From positions 1 through 64,000 of IMG/VR virus record IMGVR_UViG_3300007513_000013: a stretch of 64,000 bases of DNA. One strand, 5' to 3'. Both the position numbers and the translations under genes were made by a program. Shown in pieces: positions 28,572 through 37,346 of the stretch (the stretch's first letter is position 1; every line of letters begins with the position of its first letter). The notes beneath the pieces were generated by a model. It saw only the letters and a program-made list of their open reading frames with translations, was not told the origin of the DNA and ran no database searches. The DNA comes from a virus.

Positions 28572-29231
28572 ATGAAGCTTACAAAAGATACATTAAGACA
28601 ACTTGTGCTAGAAGAGCTAGAAGCTGCTGACAAGAAAGCTGCTGAACACGCAGAACTTCATCTAAAATCGGATGACACAGGCGCGTCAACGCTTAAGACG
28701 CGTGGTAAAAAAACGGATTGGAAAACCAACAAATCACCTTATGATAAATCGGCATTGGTCAGCGGAGAAATGGGGGTCTCGTACGACTCCAAAAAAGGAG
28801 AAAAAAGCTATTCAAGAACACATATTCGTACACCCGAAGCAGAAAAAGCTCTTCAAAATGAGCCTTGGGAAGTCTACGAGACCGACCCATCCGGAAAAAC
28901 TTATCACGGTTATCAAGAACCAGAAACAACGATGCATCGAACTGCGGAAAGCTTAAACAAATCTCAACTTAAACAAATGATTGAAGAAGAGTTCGAACAT
29001 GCGACTGCACAACATCAAGAACATGGCGAAGGGGTAATGGCAAAGCGCCAACTACTTCAAATTGGAGAGTACTCAAAGATGTTGATGGAAATGCTAGAAG
29101 ATAACGACGAGCTTCCTAGTTGGGTACAAGCAAAACTCACAAAAGCAGCAGACTACATGGACACAGTATATCATTATATGAACGTGGAAAAGGTCTTGTG
29201 TGAAGGGGAACAAAGATTAGATGAAGAGTGA
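28572..29231 (+). CDS. MKLTK-motif probable virion protein
   Basis: MKLTKDTLRQLVLEEL and internal LNKSQLKQMIEEE; C-terminal EGVMAKRQL..ELPSWVQAKLTKAADYM domain common in large phages. Confidence 0.7.
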   Translation: MKLTKDTLRQLVLEELEAADKKAAEHAELHLKSDDTGASTLKTRGKKTDWKTNKSPYDKSALVSGEMGVSYDSKKGEKSYSRTHIRTPEAEKALQNEPWEVYETDPSGKTYHGYQEPETTMHRTAESLNKSQLKQMIEEEFEHATAQHQEHGEGVMAKRQLLQIGEYSKMLMEMLEDNDELPSWVQAKLTKAADYMDTVYHYMNVEKVLCEGEQRLDEE

Positions 29232-29547
29232 CCAGACAATAAAGACGTGCGGGTCGCAGTCGTCAAAAAAGGATAATAAAAGACTCGTAACAATTCAGAC
29301 AATATTGCTGATTGCTATGTTTGCCTTTGCGCTTTTGTTTCCTGTGTTTTCTGAGGCGTCCCCGCCTAAGAATCAAAAATCTAAATTCTACGATTTCAAT
29401 GAACAATTGATAGATGGAGAAATTAGAAAACCCACAGCGCTTTATATGGATGCAAGACAGAGAGCCAAGTTTGAAAGACTGCTAAAACTTAAAAAGTCTT
29501 TCCTACCGGCATTATTTAAAACCAGTAAAAATAAAGTATTTAAGTAA
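29221..29547 (+). CDS. secreted CglF/GltF-like (myxobacterial gliding motility) protein
   Basis: Signal peptide ending SEA; FYDFNEQLIDGEIRKPTALYMDARQRAKFERLLKLKKSF resembles the CglF core as recalled. Confidence 0.6.
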   Translation: MKSDQTIKTCGSQSSKKDNKRLVTIQTILLIAMFAFALLFPVFSEASPPKNQKSKFYDFNEQLIDGEIRKPTALYMDARQRAKFERLLKLKKSFLPALFKTSKNKVFK

Positions 29548-29643
29548 ATTTCCTAACAAAAACAACTTTTTGCGCAAAGCGATCCTATGTATTAATAGGT
29601 GCGTAAGTTTTTACACGCCTGTCCCCTATATAGGAGTTCGTAT

Positions 29644-30252
29644 GTGTCTCGTAAAGTGAAAGCTAAATATGCTGTTCTAGTTATCTTACCATATCTTATA
29701 CTTTACTTTTTAATTCAATCAGTTATAACCTCCGGACACAATTTATCAACCAGCTTAGATCTAGCAATTCCCTTTATACCAGAATTTATTTGGATATATC
29801 ATACAATAATTCCTGTTTTTTTATTAACAACAATAATCCTAATTGAAAGGAAAGAAGTATTCTTTTCTGCTATGGCTGCCATTGGTCTGGTGTCACTTGT
29901 TATGTTAATTTTTTATATATTTTTTCCAGCACCCTATCCCCGTCAAGCGTTTGCCGATGTTTCGCTTTCAGATACGCTAGTAAAGCTTACACGAATGATC
30001 GATGGCGCAGGCAACACTTTTCCATCTGGCCATGTAACCTTTGCTTGGCTATTGGCCCTCTTTTCTGGCCTGTCGGCAATGGCCAAACGATTCCGATGGA
30101 TTCAGCCTGCATATTTTATGTGGGCTTTTTTAATATCTGTTTCAACATTGGTGCTTAAACAGCATTTTATAGTTGATGTCGTTTTTGGTTTGGCACTGGC
30201 GCTGTTTGCTTATTATTTTGCAAAGCGTTATATATATGAAGTTATGAACTGA
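29644..30252 (+). CDS. PAP2-superfamily membrane phosphatase/phosphotransferase
   Basis: Multiple TMs; PYPR, NTFPSGHV, LKQHFIVD motifs; GGAG RBS before GTG 29644. Confidence 0.85.
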   Translation: MSRKVKAKYAVLVILPYLILYFLIQSVITSGHNLSTSLDLAIPFIPEFIWIYHTIIPVFLLTTIILIERKEVFFSAMAAIGLVSLVMLIFYIFFPAPYPRQAFADVSLSDTLVKLTRMIDGAGNTFPSGHVTFAWLLALFSGLSAMAKRFRWIQPAYFMWAFLISVSTLVLKQHFIVDVVFGLALALFAYYFAKRYIYEVMN

Positions 30253-30263
30253 CTAATTATATT

Positions 30264-30884
30264 ATGGCCCCTGACTTTCCCGAAGAAGAGAGACTCAAAC
30301 AAAAAAACAAAATAATCAACGAAGTGCTAAAAAACAAATATCAAGTTAAACTTAAATCGTTCTTGGTAAGAGAGGACTTTGAAAACAACAAATCAACAGT
30401 GATTTGTGTTGTTGGCTCTGGTTTTTCAGGCGATTTGGTAGATATTAGTTTGGAAGGTACGGGCACTGGTGCCATTGACGCATTATTTAAGATACTCTTA
30501 AAAGAATATTCTAAATATTTCCCCTCTCTGGGGCGAGTAAAACTCTATGATTTTTTAGTAAAGGTGAAGTTTCAGAGCAGTTCTCGTGATACCGCTGCGC
30601 CTGTCGAAGTTAAGGTCGCGATAGAGGGAATTAACAATAATAACAAACTATATTTTAAAGAAACTTCTGATTCTCTGGTTCGTGCCGGGGTTGGGGCTAC
30701 ATGTAAAACATTGGAGTATTTAATAAATGCAGAATTAGCAGTTAGGCATTTGTATGAAGATATTTTAGACGCAAGAGAAAGAAGCAGGGGCGACCTAATC
30801 AGGTCACACACAAATAATCTCATAGAGTTGACAGATTTTATTTCCTACGAAGAGACAATCGATTTTATAAAAAAGAAGAAATAA
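30264..30884 (+). CDS. stand-alone LeuA allosteric/dimerisation-domain-like protein
   Basis: LEGTGTGAIDALF...LYDFLV..VEVKV..SDSLVRA pattern. Confidence 0.5.
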   Translation: MAPDFPEEERLKQKNKIINEVLKNKYQVKLKSFLVREDFENNKSTVICVVGSGFSGDLVDISLEGTGTGAIDALFKILLKEYSKYFPSLGRVKLYDFLVKVKFQSSSRDTAAPVEVKVAIEGINNNNKLYFKETSDSLVRAGVGATCKTLEYLINAELAVRHLYEDILDARERSRGDLIRSHTNNLIELTDFISYEETIDFIKKKK

Positions 30885-30896
30885 TTTATTTTTTTC

Positions 30897-30925
30897 TTGA
30901 ATACTTGCTCACAAGCTGTTATAGT
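30897..30925 (+). promoter_or_regulatory. early sigma70-type promoter
   Basis: TTGAAT-17-TATAGT. Confidence 0.6.
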
Positions 30926-30938
30926 TATTTAGGAGGTA

Positions 30939-31166
30939 GTGATGAGTGTTGGAGATAAAGTAATTATTATAAACAATGAAGAGAACGCTGGATACAAAGA
31001 GTTTTTCGGCAAGATTGGCGTGATCACTGATGAGCAGCGGCTCAAGGGCAGGCAAAGGAGTTACTTTCGTGTTTCCTTTGATCGAGGTCTTACGTTTTCA
31101 TCTTCCTATATAGATGTGGGCGATTGGCGCTTGAAGTTGGCAAATGAAAATAGGCGATTTAGTTAG
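30939..31166 (+). CDS. MKxGDLV-family protein
   Basis: MSVGDKVIII..GKIGVI; GGAGGT RBS. Confidence 0.7.
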   Translation: MMSVGDKVIIINNEENAGYKEFFGKIGVITDEQRLKGRQRSYFRVSFDRGLTFSSSYIDVGDWRLKLANENRRFS

Positions 31167-31368
31167 GCCAAAGCGCTCTTCTTTGACGGTTGATGAGATT
31201 GGTGAAGATTTGCTTGGCATAATTTCAAATTACAATGATTGTTTGGCATGCCCCTACGAGGTGGCATGGTTAAACAGGCGCAAAGGTAGGTTTTTTTATT
31301 TTTGGGAAATTAAGGATGATTTGATGCTAATTAGTAGTAATGAAGGTGGGGGACTTGATACGTACTAA
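31144..31368 (+). CDS. MKxGDLV-family protein
   Basis: MKIGDLVRPK..LGII..YEVAW. Confidence 0.7.
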   Translation: MKIGDLVRPKRSSLTVDEIGEDLLGIISNYNDCLACPYEVAWLNRRKGRFFYFWEIKDDLMLISSNEGGGLDTY

Positions 31369-31552
31369 ACATAGCATCGACATCGGTGACTCCACAGGCA
31401 ATACAGTCGGCTACATCCGGTCTGGGGAAATTGGGATATTATTTGAAAAAAGGAATCCCAACAAGGCAAACGAGTGGCATGTTAGGTTTAACTCTGGTGA
31501 TGTTTGGTGGCTTACCGAGGACGGGTTAGAAATTTTATCAAAAAGTGCTTGA
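31340..31552 (+). CDS. MKxGDLV-family protein
   Basis: MKVGDLIRTK...LEILS. Confidence 0.7.
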   Translation: MKVGDLIRTKHSIDIGDSTGNTVGYIRSGEIGILFEKRNPNKANEWHVRFNSGDVWWLTEDGLEILSKSA

Positions 31553-31577
31553 CAAATTCAACGCTATCTATTATTAT
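31549..31577 (+). promoter_or_regulatory. early sigma70-type promoter
   Basis: TTGACA-17-TATTAT. Confidence 0.75.
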
Positions 31578-31784
31578 GAGGTTATAGCAATTGGCATTAA
31601 GCCGAAGAAAGAGAGGAAAAATGCAATAGCTAGGGTATAACAGATAAAGAGATAAAATATATATGGATAATAAACCTTCAATGATTCTCCTGAAGGAGGT
31701 TGAGAGCCAATCAAAAGGAATCTGGTAATGTGGCGCGATGAGAACAGCGGCTATCTCTTTATTTTATTTATTGTATAAAAATAT

Positions 31785-31979
31785 ATGAAAGTAGGAAGTT
31801 TAGTAAGGCACATTTATTGGGGCGACAGGGCCTCCGGGCACGGCATTGTTGTAGAGAAAAAACAGAACACGGGAGAAAAGATCTACTATAGAATCAAGTG
31901 GGTGGGCGGGAATCAATCTGAATTTGACCAGTGGTTCCCCGAGAAAGAATTAGAGGTGGTCAGTGATGCAAATAGGTGA
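31785..31979 (+). CDS. MKxGDLV-family protein
   Basis: MKVGSLVRH...LEVVS. Confidence 0.7.
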   Translation: MKVGSLVRHIYWGDRASGHGIVVEKKQNTGEKIYYRIKWVGGNQSEFDQWFPEKELEVVSDANR

Positions 31980-32139
31980 TCTGGTGAGGGCTGTAAACTT
32001 GAGCTTGTTTGGCTGGAACTCAAGCGGTATTGTGATTGCCATATGTGGTCCAAAGTGGGTAAAGGTAGCGTGGTCTGATGGGATTATTTACGAAGAGCAC
32101 GTTGAGGATTTGGAAAGGATTAGCACTGCCCCCACTTAA
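31966..32139 (+). CDS. MKxGDLV-family protein (57 aa, not in track)
   Basis: MQIGDLVRAV..GIVI..KVAW...LERIS. Confidence 0.65.
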   Translation: MQIGDLVRAVNLSLFGWNSSGIVIAICGPKWVKVAWSDGIIYEEHVEDLERISTAPT

Positions 32140-32176
32140 TTTTTTTTTTTTTTTTTCCTGCGCGCGAGGGCAAATT

Positions 32177-32350
32177 ATGAAAGTTGGAGATCTAGTAAAG
32201 TTTGGACAGAACGATGCAATGGGCATTATTGTTGATATAAGCCCTAATTCTTATTTTGGCAATTCGGACTTGTATCATGTCAGATGGTTCGATGGTGTTA
32301 TGAACTCTCGATTCGACGTTGAACTGGAAGTTATCAGTGAAGGTCGGTGA
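32177..32350 (+). CDS. MKxGDLV-family protein
   Basis: MKVGDLVKFG...LEVIS; GAGGG RBS; start 32177. Confidence 0.7.
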   Translation: MKVGDLVKFGQNDAMGIIVDISPNSYFGNSDLYHVRWFDGVMNSRFDVELEVISEGR

Positions 32351-32531
32351 TCTAGTGGCAATAAAATCCAACATGGGAGATGACATGGGAAAAGTATATT
32401 GCACAGGAATATACTTAGGCACCAGCAACACTTGGAAAGATTGGCATCTTGTGTGCGATATGAAAGGCCGACAAATGAAGTGGGATGAGCCTTTTTGGAT
32501 ACTGGAGGTAATCAGTGAGAGCCAAACCTAA
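32337..32531 (+). CDS. MKxGDLV-family protein
   Basis: (GTG)KVGDLVAIK...LEVIS. Confidence 0.7.
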   Translation: MKVGDLVAIKSNMGDDMGKVYCTGIYLGTSNTWKDWHLVCDMKGRQMKWDEPFWILEVISESQT

Positions 32532-32688
32532 AGTTGGCGATCTTGTAGAGCATTTTCATGGCGCGCGCGGCATCGTTAAAGCCACTCGCGGAATTGACGT
32601 GGAAATTCATTGGATGGGGAGGCGCGCCCTAGTGGGCGACTCTTCATGGCACCGGCGCACTAGTGTCAAAGTGATATCAAGGGCTTAG
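32515..32688 (+). CDS. MKxGDLV-family protein (57 aa, not in track)
   Basis: MRAKPKVGDLVEH..GIV..EIHW...VKVIS. Confidence 0.6.
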   Translation: MRAKPKVGDLVEHFHGARGIVKATRGIDVEIHWMGRRALVGDSSWHRRTSVKVISRA

Positions 32689-32717
32689 AAAAAACATGAA
32701 AAAAAACATGAAAAAGC

Positions 32718-32746
32718 TTGACATTTTCTTCAACGTGTGAGATAAT
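32718..32746 (+). promoter_or_regulatory. early promoter, TGA-GATAAT variant
   Basis: TTGACA-17-GATAAT preceded by TGTGA. Confidence 0.8.
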
Positions 32747-32757
32747 TATAATGAACG

Positions 32758-33420
32758 ATGGATGGAGAAAACATGAATCCTACGATGCTCGAAAGATTGA
32801 CTGCTGCTCTTGAAAAGAAACAGCTTCTAACCGATTGGGAACATGGCTTTATTGAGAGTTTGCAAGAGCAATTCAATAAACGTGGAAGGCTCTCTGCGCG
32901 TCAGGTTGAGATCCTTGATCGCATTGAGAGAGAAAAGCTTTCTGAGAGCGCAGTCGCAAAAGCGAAACGCTGGTTCAAAGAGTACAGCGATGAACATCGC
33001 CGCACTGCGCGCATATGCGCCGAATATTATAGGCACACTGGATACTTTCAGACGCTTGTTCACCTCATCCTGAATACAGAAAACCATATCCCCACTGAGA
33101 AGCAGTACAAAAAGATGTGCGAAAACAAGTACGCCAAAAAAGTGCTGGCCGAACATGATGTTGCGCCAAAGTACCCTGTTGGTTCGCTGGTTGAAGTACG
33201 CGCCACTGCTGATTGGTCCCACCGACGCTCCGCAAATGGTATGCCTTGTGTTGTCATTTCATCGGGAGGCACAGTTAAGAGCGCAGCTAAGGGCGCGAAA
33301 CCATACAAGATTTTGCCCTTTGGCTCCGCGAAGCCCATTGATTGCGAAGAGCGACACATAAAAAAGTGCAAGAATCCAAAAAAAGCTAAAAAAGTTGTTG
33401 ACAACGATATACCATTCTGA
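32758..33420 (+). CDS. early protein ending in SSB-like acidic tail (DNDIPF)
   Basis: LTDWEHGFIESL..LSARQ domain, YPVGSLV barrel, C-terminus VVDNDIPF. Confidence 0.7.
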   Translation: MDGENMNPTMLERLTAALEKKQLLTDWEHGFIESLQEQFNKRGRLSARQVEILDRIEREKLSESAVAKAKRWFKEYSDEHRRTARICAEYYRHTGYFQTLVHLILNTENHIPTEKQYKKMCENKYAKKVLAEHDVAPKYPVGSLVEVRATADWSHRRSANGMPCVVISSGGTVKSAAKGAKPYKILPFGSAKPIDCEERHIKKCKNPKKAKKVVDNDIPF

Positions 33421-33426
33421 TATAAT
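33398..33426 (+). promoter_or_regulatory. early promoter overlapping the end of ORF 32758
   Basis: TTGACA-17-TATAAT. Confidence 0.85.
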
Positions 33427-33459
33427 AGTGGCAGGACTTAAGAAACAAAGGAGAAAAAC

Positions 33460-34161
33460 TTGAGTTGGAACAACACAGTTAGGTGTTCTCATTGTTGGCA
33501 AAACGGCCACAACAAGGCCGGATGCACAGAATTACGAGAAAAGATGCAAAAACGCATGGATGCTGATCCGGACGACTGGCGCGCCCAAGAATACTTTAGA
33601 AAGAAACAGCGAAGCAGAAGCCGCACGTGTTCTTATTGCAATCATTCCGGGCACAACCGAAAGACATGCAAAGAGTTGCAACATGCAAAGAACGTAACGC
33701 GAGAAAAAGCCGCTGAATGGCGAGTCATGGCATTGGAGCATCTTAGTCGCATCGGCGTTGGTGTTGGGGCGCTCGTAACCTACCAAACTTGGGAAAATGC
33801 GCCAAGACCAGCGATGGTTACAGGGATCGACTGGAATAGTCTAGATCACAGGTATATCCACAGCGGTTGGCACGAAACAAACTCTTTTAGGATCGGCAAC
33901 TTGGACAACTCCAATGTTCGGGCGGCTGATTACACCGTGGCTTTGCCAAAAGATGAGACAAACAAGGTGACAGCCGAAAACTACGATCCTTATCGGCCTG
34001 TTGTCATCGTCGGACCTCTTTCAGCGGAGTCGGTGAAAAGCCAAGTTCCAGCGAATTGGCTGACGGGCGAAAGCGCGCTCACTAACATTTTTGACAAGGA
34101 TACCAGACCACACACTGTTAGTGATTGGGTAGAATTCCAGAATTTTTATCAAGAAAAGTAA
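33460..34161 (+). CDS. early protein with two CCHC zinc knuckles
   Basis: CSHCWQNGHNKAGC and CSYCNHSGHNRKTC. Confidence 0.75.
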   Translation: MSWNNTVRCSHCWQNGHNKAGCTELREKMQKRMDADPDDWRAQEYFRKKQRSRSRTCSYCNHSGHNRKTCKELQHAKNVTREKAAEWRVMALEHLSRIGVGVGALVTYQTWENAPRPAMVTGIDWNSLDHRYIHSGWHETNSFRIGNLDNSNVRAADYTVALPKDETNKVTAENYDPYRPVVIVGPLSAESVKSQVPANWLTGESALTNIFDKDTRPHTVSDWVEFQNFYQEK

Positions 34162-34169
34162 AAAAAACC

Positions 34170-34198
34170 TTGACAGATTGAAGAATCTGTGAGATAAT
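34170..34198 (+). promoter_or_regulatory. early promoter, TGA-GATAAT variant
   Basis: TTGACA-17-GATAAT. Confidence 0.8.
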
Positions 34199-34239
34199 TA
34201 CTATAGAAACAATGAGAAAAGCCGGGAGGCACACACAAC

Positions 34240-35301
34240 ATGGCAATTGACTTCAAAACTTTTATCGAAATTGTTCCACACGTAACCACGATTCGCAAGC
34301 CTGTTTTGCTTCGTGGTCGCCATGGCATCGGCAAATCTCAGGTTGTTTATCAGTACGCTGAAAACGCTGATATGCCAGTGGTAGAGCGACGTGCAAGTCA
34401 AATGACTGAAGGCGATCTGCTCGGCCTCCCCTCTACTGATGGTCAGATCACGTCTTGGAATCCTCCCGATTGGTACAAGGCTGCATGTGATCAGGGCGTT
34501 GTGCTCTTTCTCGATGAGGTTGACCGTGCGACCACTGAGGTCCGTCAAGGTATCTTTGAGTTGACCGATAGCCGCAAGCTGAATGGTCATCACTTGCACC
34601 CTGATACTTTCATCTTTGCTGCTGTCAATGGCGGCGACCATGGCGATCAGTATCAGGTTGGCGAAATGGACCCGGCAGAACTTGATCGTTGGACCGTGTT
34701 TGACATTGAACCAACCATTGAGGATTGGCTGACTTGGGCAAAAGACAAGGTTGACACGGTTGTTTGGGACTTTATTAACAACAATCACAGTCACTTAGAG
34801 CACACGAGCGAATTCGAGCCTAACAAGGTATATCCTTCGCGCCGTTCGTGGGAACGCTTGGATTCATGTCTGGTTAGTGCGGATCTTTTGAAAGAGGCTA
34901 GCCCAACACTGTTCAACCTTGCCACTGGGTTCGTTGGTTTCGAGGCGGCTGTCTCTTTCAACGATTACGTTGCAAATTACGACCGTCAGGTCACAATTGA
35001 AGATGTTTTGGATGCTGGTGCTCTTGACAAAGTGAAAGATTGGGACATCAACCAGCACAACGCTTTGATTGAGAAGATGGAGGCAAAAGACGTCTTCAAA
35101 GAGGATCTGAATAAAACTCGGGTCCAGAACCTCGCGAATTATTTCGTGATTCTACCTTCTGAGGTCGCCATGAAGCTATGGACCGTTCTCGGTCAGGGCA
35201 AGATGGAGAACACGGTTGCTCTCCATCAGGCCAAAGCTAGCGATGGCAAGTCCGTCAGTGCTCACATGGTTGAAATTCTAACTGGTACTGAGCAGGGCTA
35301 G
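34240..35301 (+). CDS. MoxR-like AAA+ ATPase
   Basis: GRHGIGKS, LFLDEVDRA, AAVN, LDRW, PSRRSW. Confidence 0.9.
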   Translation: MAIDFKTFIEIVPHVTTIRKPVLLRGRHGIGKSQVVYQYAENADMPVVERRASQMTEGDLLGLPSTDGQITSWNPPDWYKAACDQGVVLFLDEVDRATTEVRQGIFELTDSRKLNGHHLHPDTFIFAAVNGGDHGDQYQVGEMDPAELDRWTVFDIEPTIEDWLTWAKDKVDTVVWDFINNNHSHLEHTSEFEPNKVYPSRRSWERLDSCLVSADLLKEASPTLFNLATGFVGFEAAVSFNDYVANYDRQVTIEDVLDAGALDKVKDWDINQHNALIEKMEAKDVFKEDLNKTRVQNLANYFVILPSEVAMKLWTVLGQGKMENTVALHQAKASDGKSVSAHMVEILTGTEQG

Positions 35302-35308
35302 TAAAAGC

Positions 35309-35350
35309 GCCCTGATGTTGAAAAAAAACAACATCAGGGCATTTTCTTCT
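35309..35350 (+). terminator. intrinsic terminator
   Basis: 12-bp perfect stem GCCCTGATGTTG/CAACATCAGGGC followed by ATTTTCTTCT. Confidence 0.8.
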
Positions 35351-35378
35351 TGACATTTTACTCAGCCTGTGAGATAAT
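35350..35378 (+). promoter_or_regulatory. early promoter, TGA-GATAAT variant
   Basis: TTGACA-17-GATAAT. Confidence 0.8.
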
Positions 35379-35384
35379 TATATC

Positions 35385-36602
35385 ATGGTAAACGAAACAA
35401 AGAAAGAATTCAACCTCAACATGCACACGGCGCGCCTTCTTTTTGATGAGCCGTTCTTTGCAGCGTTGAGTCGTCGCATCAACAAGATTGCGACCACTTC
35501 AATTCCCACAGCCGGTGTTCGTGTGAACCCAGACACAGCGCAGTTTGAGATGGTTTACAACCCTGAGTTCTTTGAGGGACTTGAAGATAATCACCGCACT
35601 GGAGTACTGAAACACGAGTTCTATCATCTTGTTTTTGAGCACGTTACAAGTCGTAAGCCGGATGGTGTTGACCACAGGACTTGGAATTACGCTACGGATC
35701 TTGCAATCAATTCGCATCTTTCTAGCGAACTTCCTGAGACTGCTTTGATTCCCGGCGCAGGTCCGTTTGAAAGTTATCCGTCAGGACTTAGCGCAGAAGC
35801 CTATTTACTTAAGCTGCAAGAGGATGAACAGTTTCAAGAGGGGAAAGGTAAAGGGGATGCTGGAAATGAGAATACAGAATCTGGCGCGAGTGACGATAGT
35901 GCCGGTGGTGAGCAATTTGATTCTCACGAGGGCTGGGGTGAATCAAATTCTACAACTAGCGAGATCGCTAAGGAAAGACTCAAAGATTACATAAAAAAGG
36001 CAGCCGAAGAAGCGCAGCAAGGTAGCGGTTGGGGTTCTGTACCTGCGGCATGCCGACGCGATATTATGGCGCGCCTTGCCACTTTTGTTGATTGGCGCTC
36101 TGTGCTACGTTATTTCGTAAAGACCTCACAGCGCGCAGCCAAACGCTCTACAGTGCGTAAGATTAATAAGCGTTTTCCTTATGTCCATCCGGGCAAGAAA
36201 GTGAAACGTCAGGCTCGCATTGCAATTAGCATTGATCAGTCTGGATCGGTTTCGGATGGCATGCTTGAAGCCTTCTTTAGCGAGTTGAACAAGCTGGCGA
36301 AACATGCTACCTTTACCGTTGTTCCGTTTGATACTCGCGTTGAAGAGGCTTTGGTCTATGAGTGGAAAAAGGGCGAGAACCATAAAACTGAGCGAGTTAT
36401 GTGCGGAGGCACGGATTTTGATGCTCCAACGGCATATGTCAATAAGAACAACTTTGATGGTCACATCGTTTTGACTGATATGATGGCACCGAAACCAAAG
36501 GCTAGTAATTGCCAGCGTATGTGGATGACTACAAGGGCTTGTGCGGCGCATCCATACTTTAAGACAAATGAACGTGTTATCGCAGTTGACATAAAAGAGT
36601 AA
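35385..36602 (+). CDS. HExxH metallopeptidase-like plus VWA domain protein (usual MoxR partner)
   Basis: LKHEFYH, ATDLAIN, IDQSGS, GGTDF, LTD MIDAS residues. Confidence 0.88.
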   Translation: MVNETKKEFNLNMHTARLLFDEPFFAALSRRINKIATTSIPTAGVRVNPDTAQFEMVYNPEFFEGLEDNHRTGVLKHEFYHLVFEHVTSRKPDGVDHRTWNYATDLAINSHLSSELPETALIPGAGPFESYPSGLSAEAYLLKLQEDEQFQEGKGKGDAGNENTESGASDDSAGGEQFDSHEGWGESNSTTSEIAKERLKDYIKKAAEEAQQGSGWGSVPAACRRDIMARLATFVDWRSVLRYFVKTSQRAAKRSTVRKINKRFPYVHPGKKVKRQARIAISIDQSGSVSDGMLEAFFSELNKLAKHATFTVVPFDTRVEEALVYEWKKGENHKTERVMCGGTDFDAPTAYVNKNNFDGHIVLTDMMAPKPKASNCQRMWMTTRACAAHPYFKTNERVIAVDIKE

Positions 36603-36619
36603 AAAAGTGAAGTTTTTAC

Positions 36620-36648
36620 TTGACAAAACTGGTTTATTTTGAGATAAT
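36620..36648 (+). promoter_or_regulatory. early promoter, TGA-GATAAT variant
   Basis: TTGACA-17-GATAAT. Confidence 0.8.
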
Positions 36649-36654
36649 ATAAGA

Positions 36655-36759
36655 GTGGTAGAAGCAATCGCAATATTTTACTTGGTATTTACAATAGCTT
36701 TTATAGCTTGCGATGGCTTAAACCTTATGTTTAAAAACCCGAAGAGTGGGAGAAAATAA
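36655..36759 (+). CDS. 34-aa single-TM peptide
   Basis: GTG start 6 nt after the -10 box; MVEAIAIFYLVFTIAFIACDG... Confidence 0.4.
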   Translation: MVEAIAIFYLVFTIAFIACDGLNLMFKNPKSGRK

Positions 36760-37265
36760 TGCAAGTTAATGATATTCTTATGAAAAAGTGGTGTTTCGGA
36801 ATGGGACGCAGCAAGGTTCGCGAAGAGGCAACAATGGGCGCAAACGGGGAACTTCAAACGTTCCGCACCTATCCCAAGTATCGCACTATTGTTTTCAAGG
36901 TTGAGAAAGCAACAAAGAAGGGCAACCAATGGCATGTTGAGGGAAAACAATATTCTTCTTTGAATGGCAAGCCCAAGACAACTAAGTTGGTGCTCGATGA
37001 AAAGAAAGTGGGCAAGTATAAGTTGTTCAGCGTACCGGGACAGAAGCGCCCATTCTTGCAGATTGAGAACCCCGGCACTCTAACAGAAGAGGGTTTGCCG
37101 CCGGTTGGTAGTCTGATTACTATCAACAAAAAGCATGCCATTGTAACTGCTGTAGGTCGAAATGAGTTGACAGTATTTACAAACAACAAAATGCAAACTA
37201 TCACATGCAAACCGGGCACAATCAAGTGGCACTCGGACAAAATTCTAACCAGCGTTGTTGGTTGA
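36759..37265 (+). CDS. early hypothetical protein (beta-rich, PVGSLI barrel)
   Basis: GGGAG RBS, TAATG coupling. Confidence 0.65.
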   Translation: MQVNDILMKKWCFGMGRSKVREEATMGANGELQTFRTYPKYRTIVFKVEKATKKGNQWHVEGKQYSSLNGKPKTTKLVLDEKKVGKYKLFSVPGQKRPFLQIENPGTLTEEGLPPVGSLITINKKHAIVTAVGRNELTVFTNNKMQTITCKPGTIKWHSDKILTSVVG

Positions 37266-37275
37266 GGGAGGAAAA

Positions 37276-37335
37276 GTGTTTGAATTACTGGTACTTGCAG
37301 CATTATCATATATTTGCTGGAAACTTAACAATTAA
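37276..37335 (+). CDS. 19-aa hydrophobic peptide
   Basis: GGAGG RBS; MFELLVLAALSYICWKLNN. Confidence 0.45.
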   Translation: MFELLVLAALSYICWKLNN

Positions 37336-37346
37336 CTAAAAACTTC

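Noticed and set aside
32140-32156. 17-T homopolymer
   Set aside because: Intergenic with no strong preceding stem; may be a weak terminator or a sequencing-length artefact, with no evidence of phase variation
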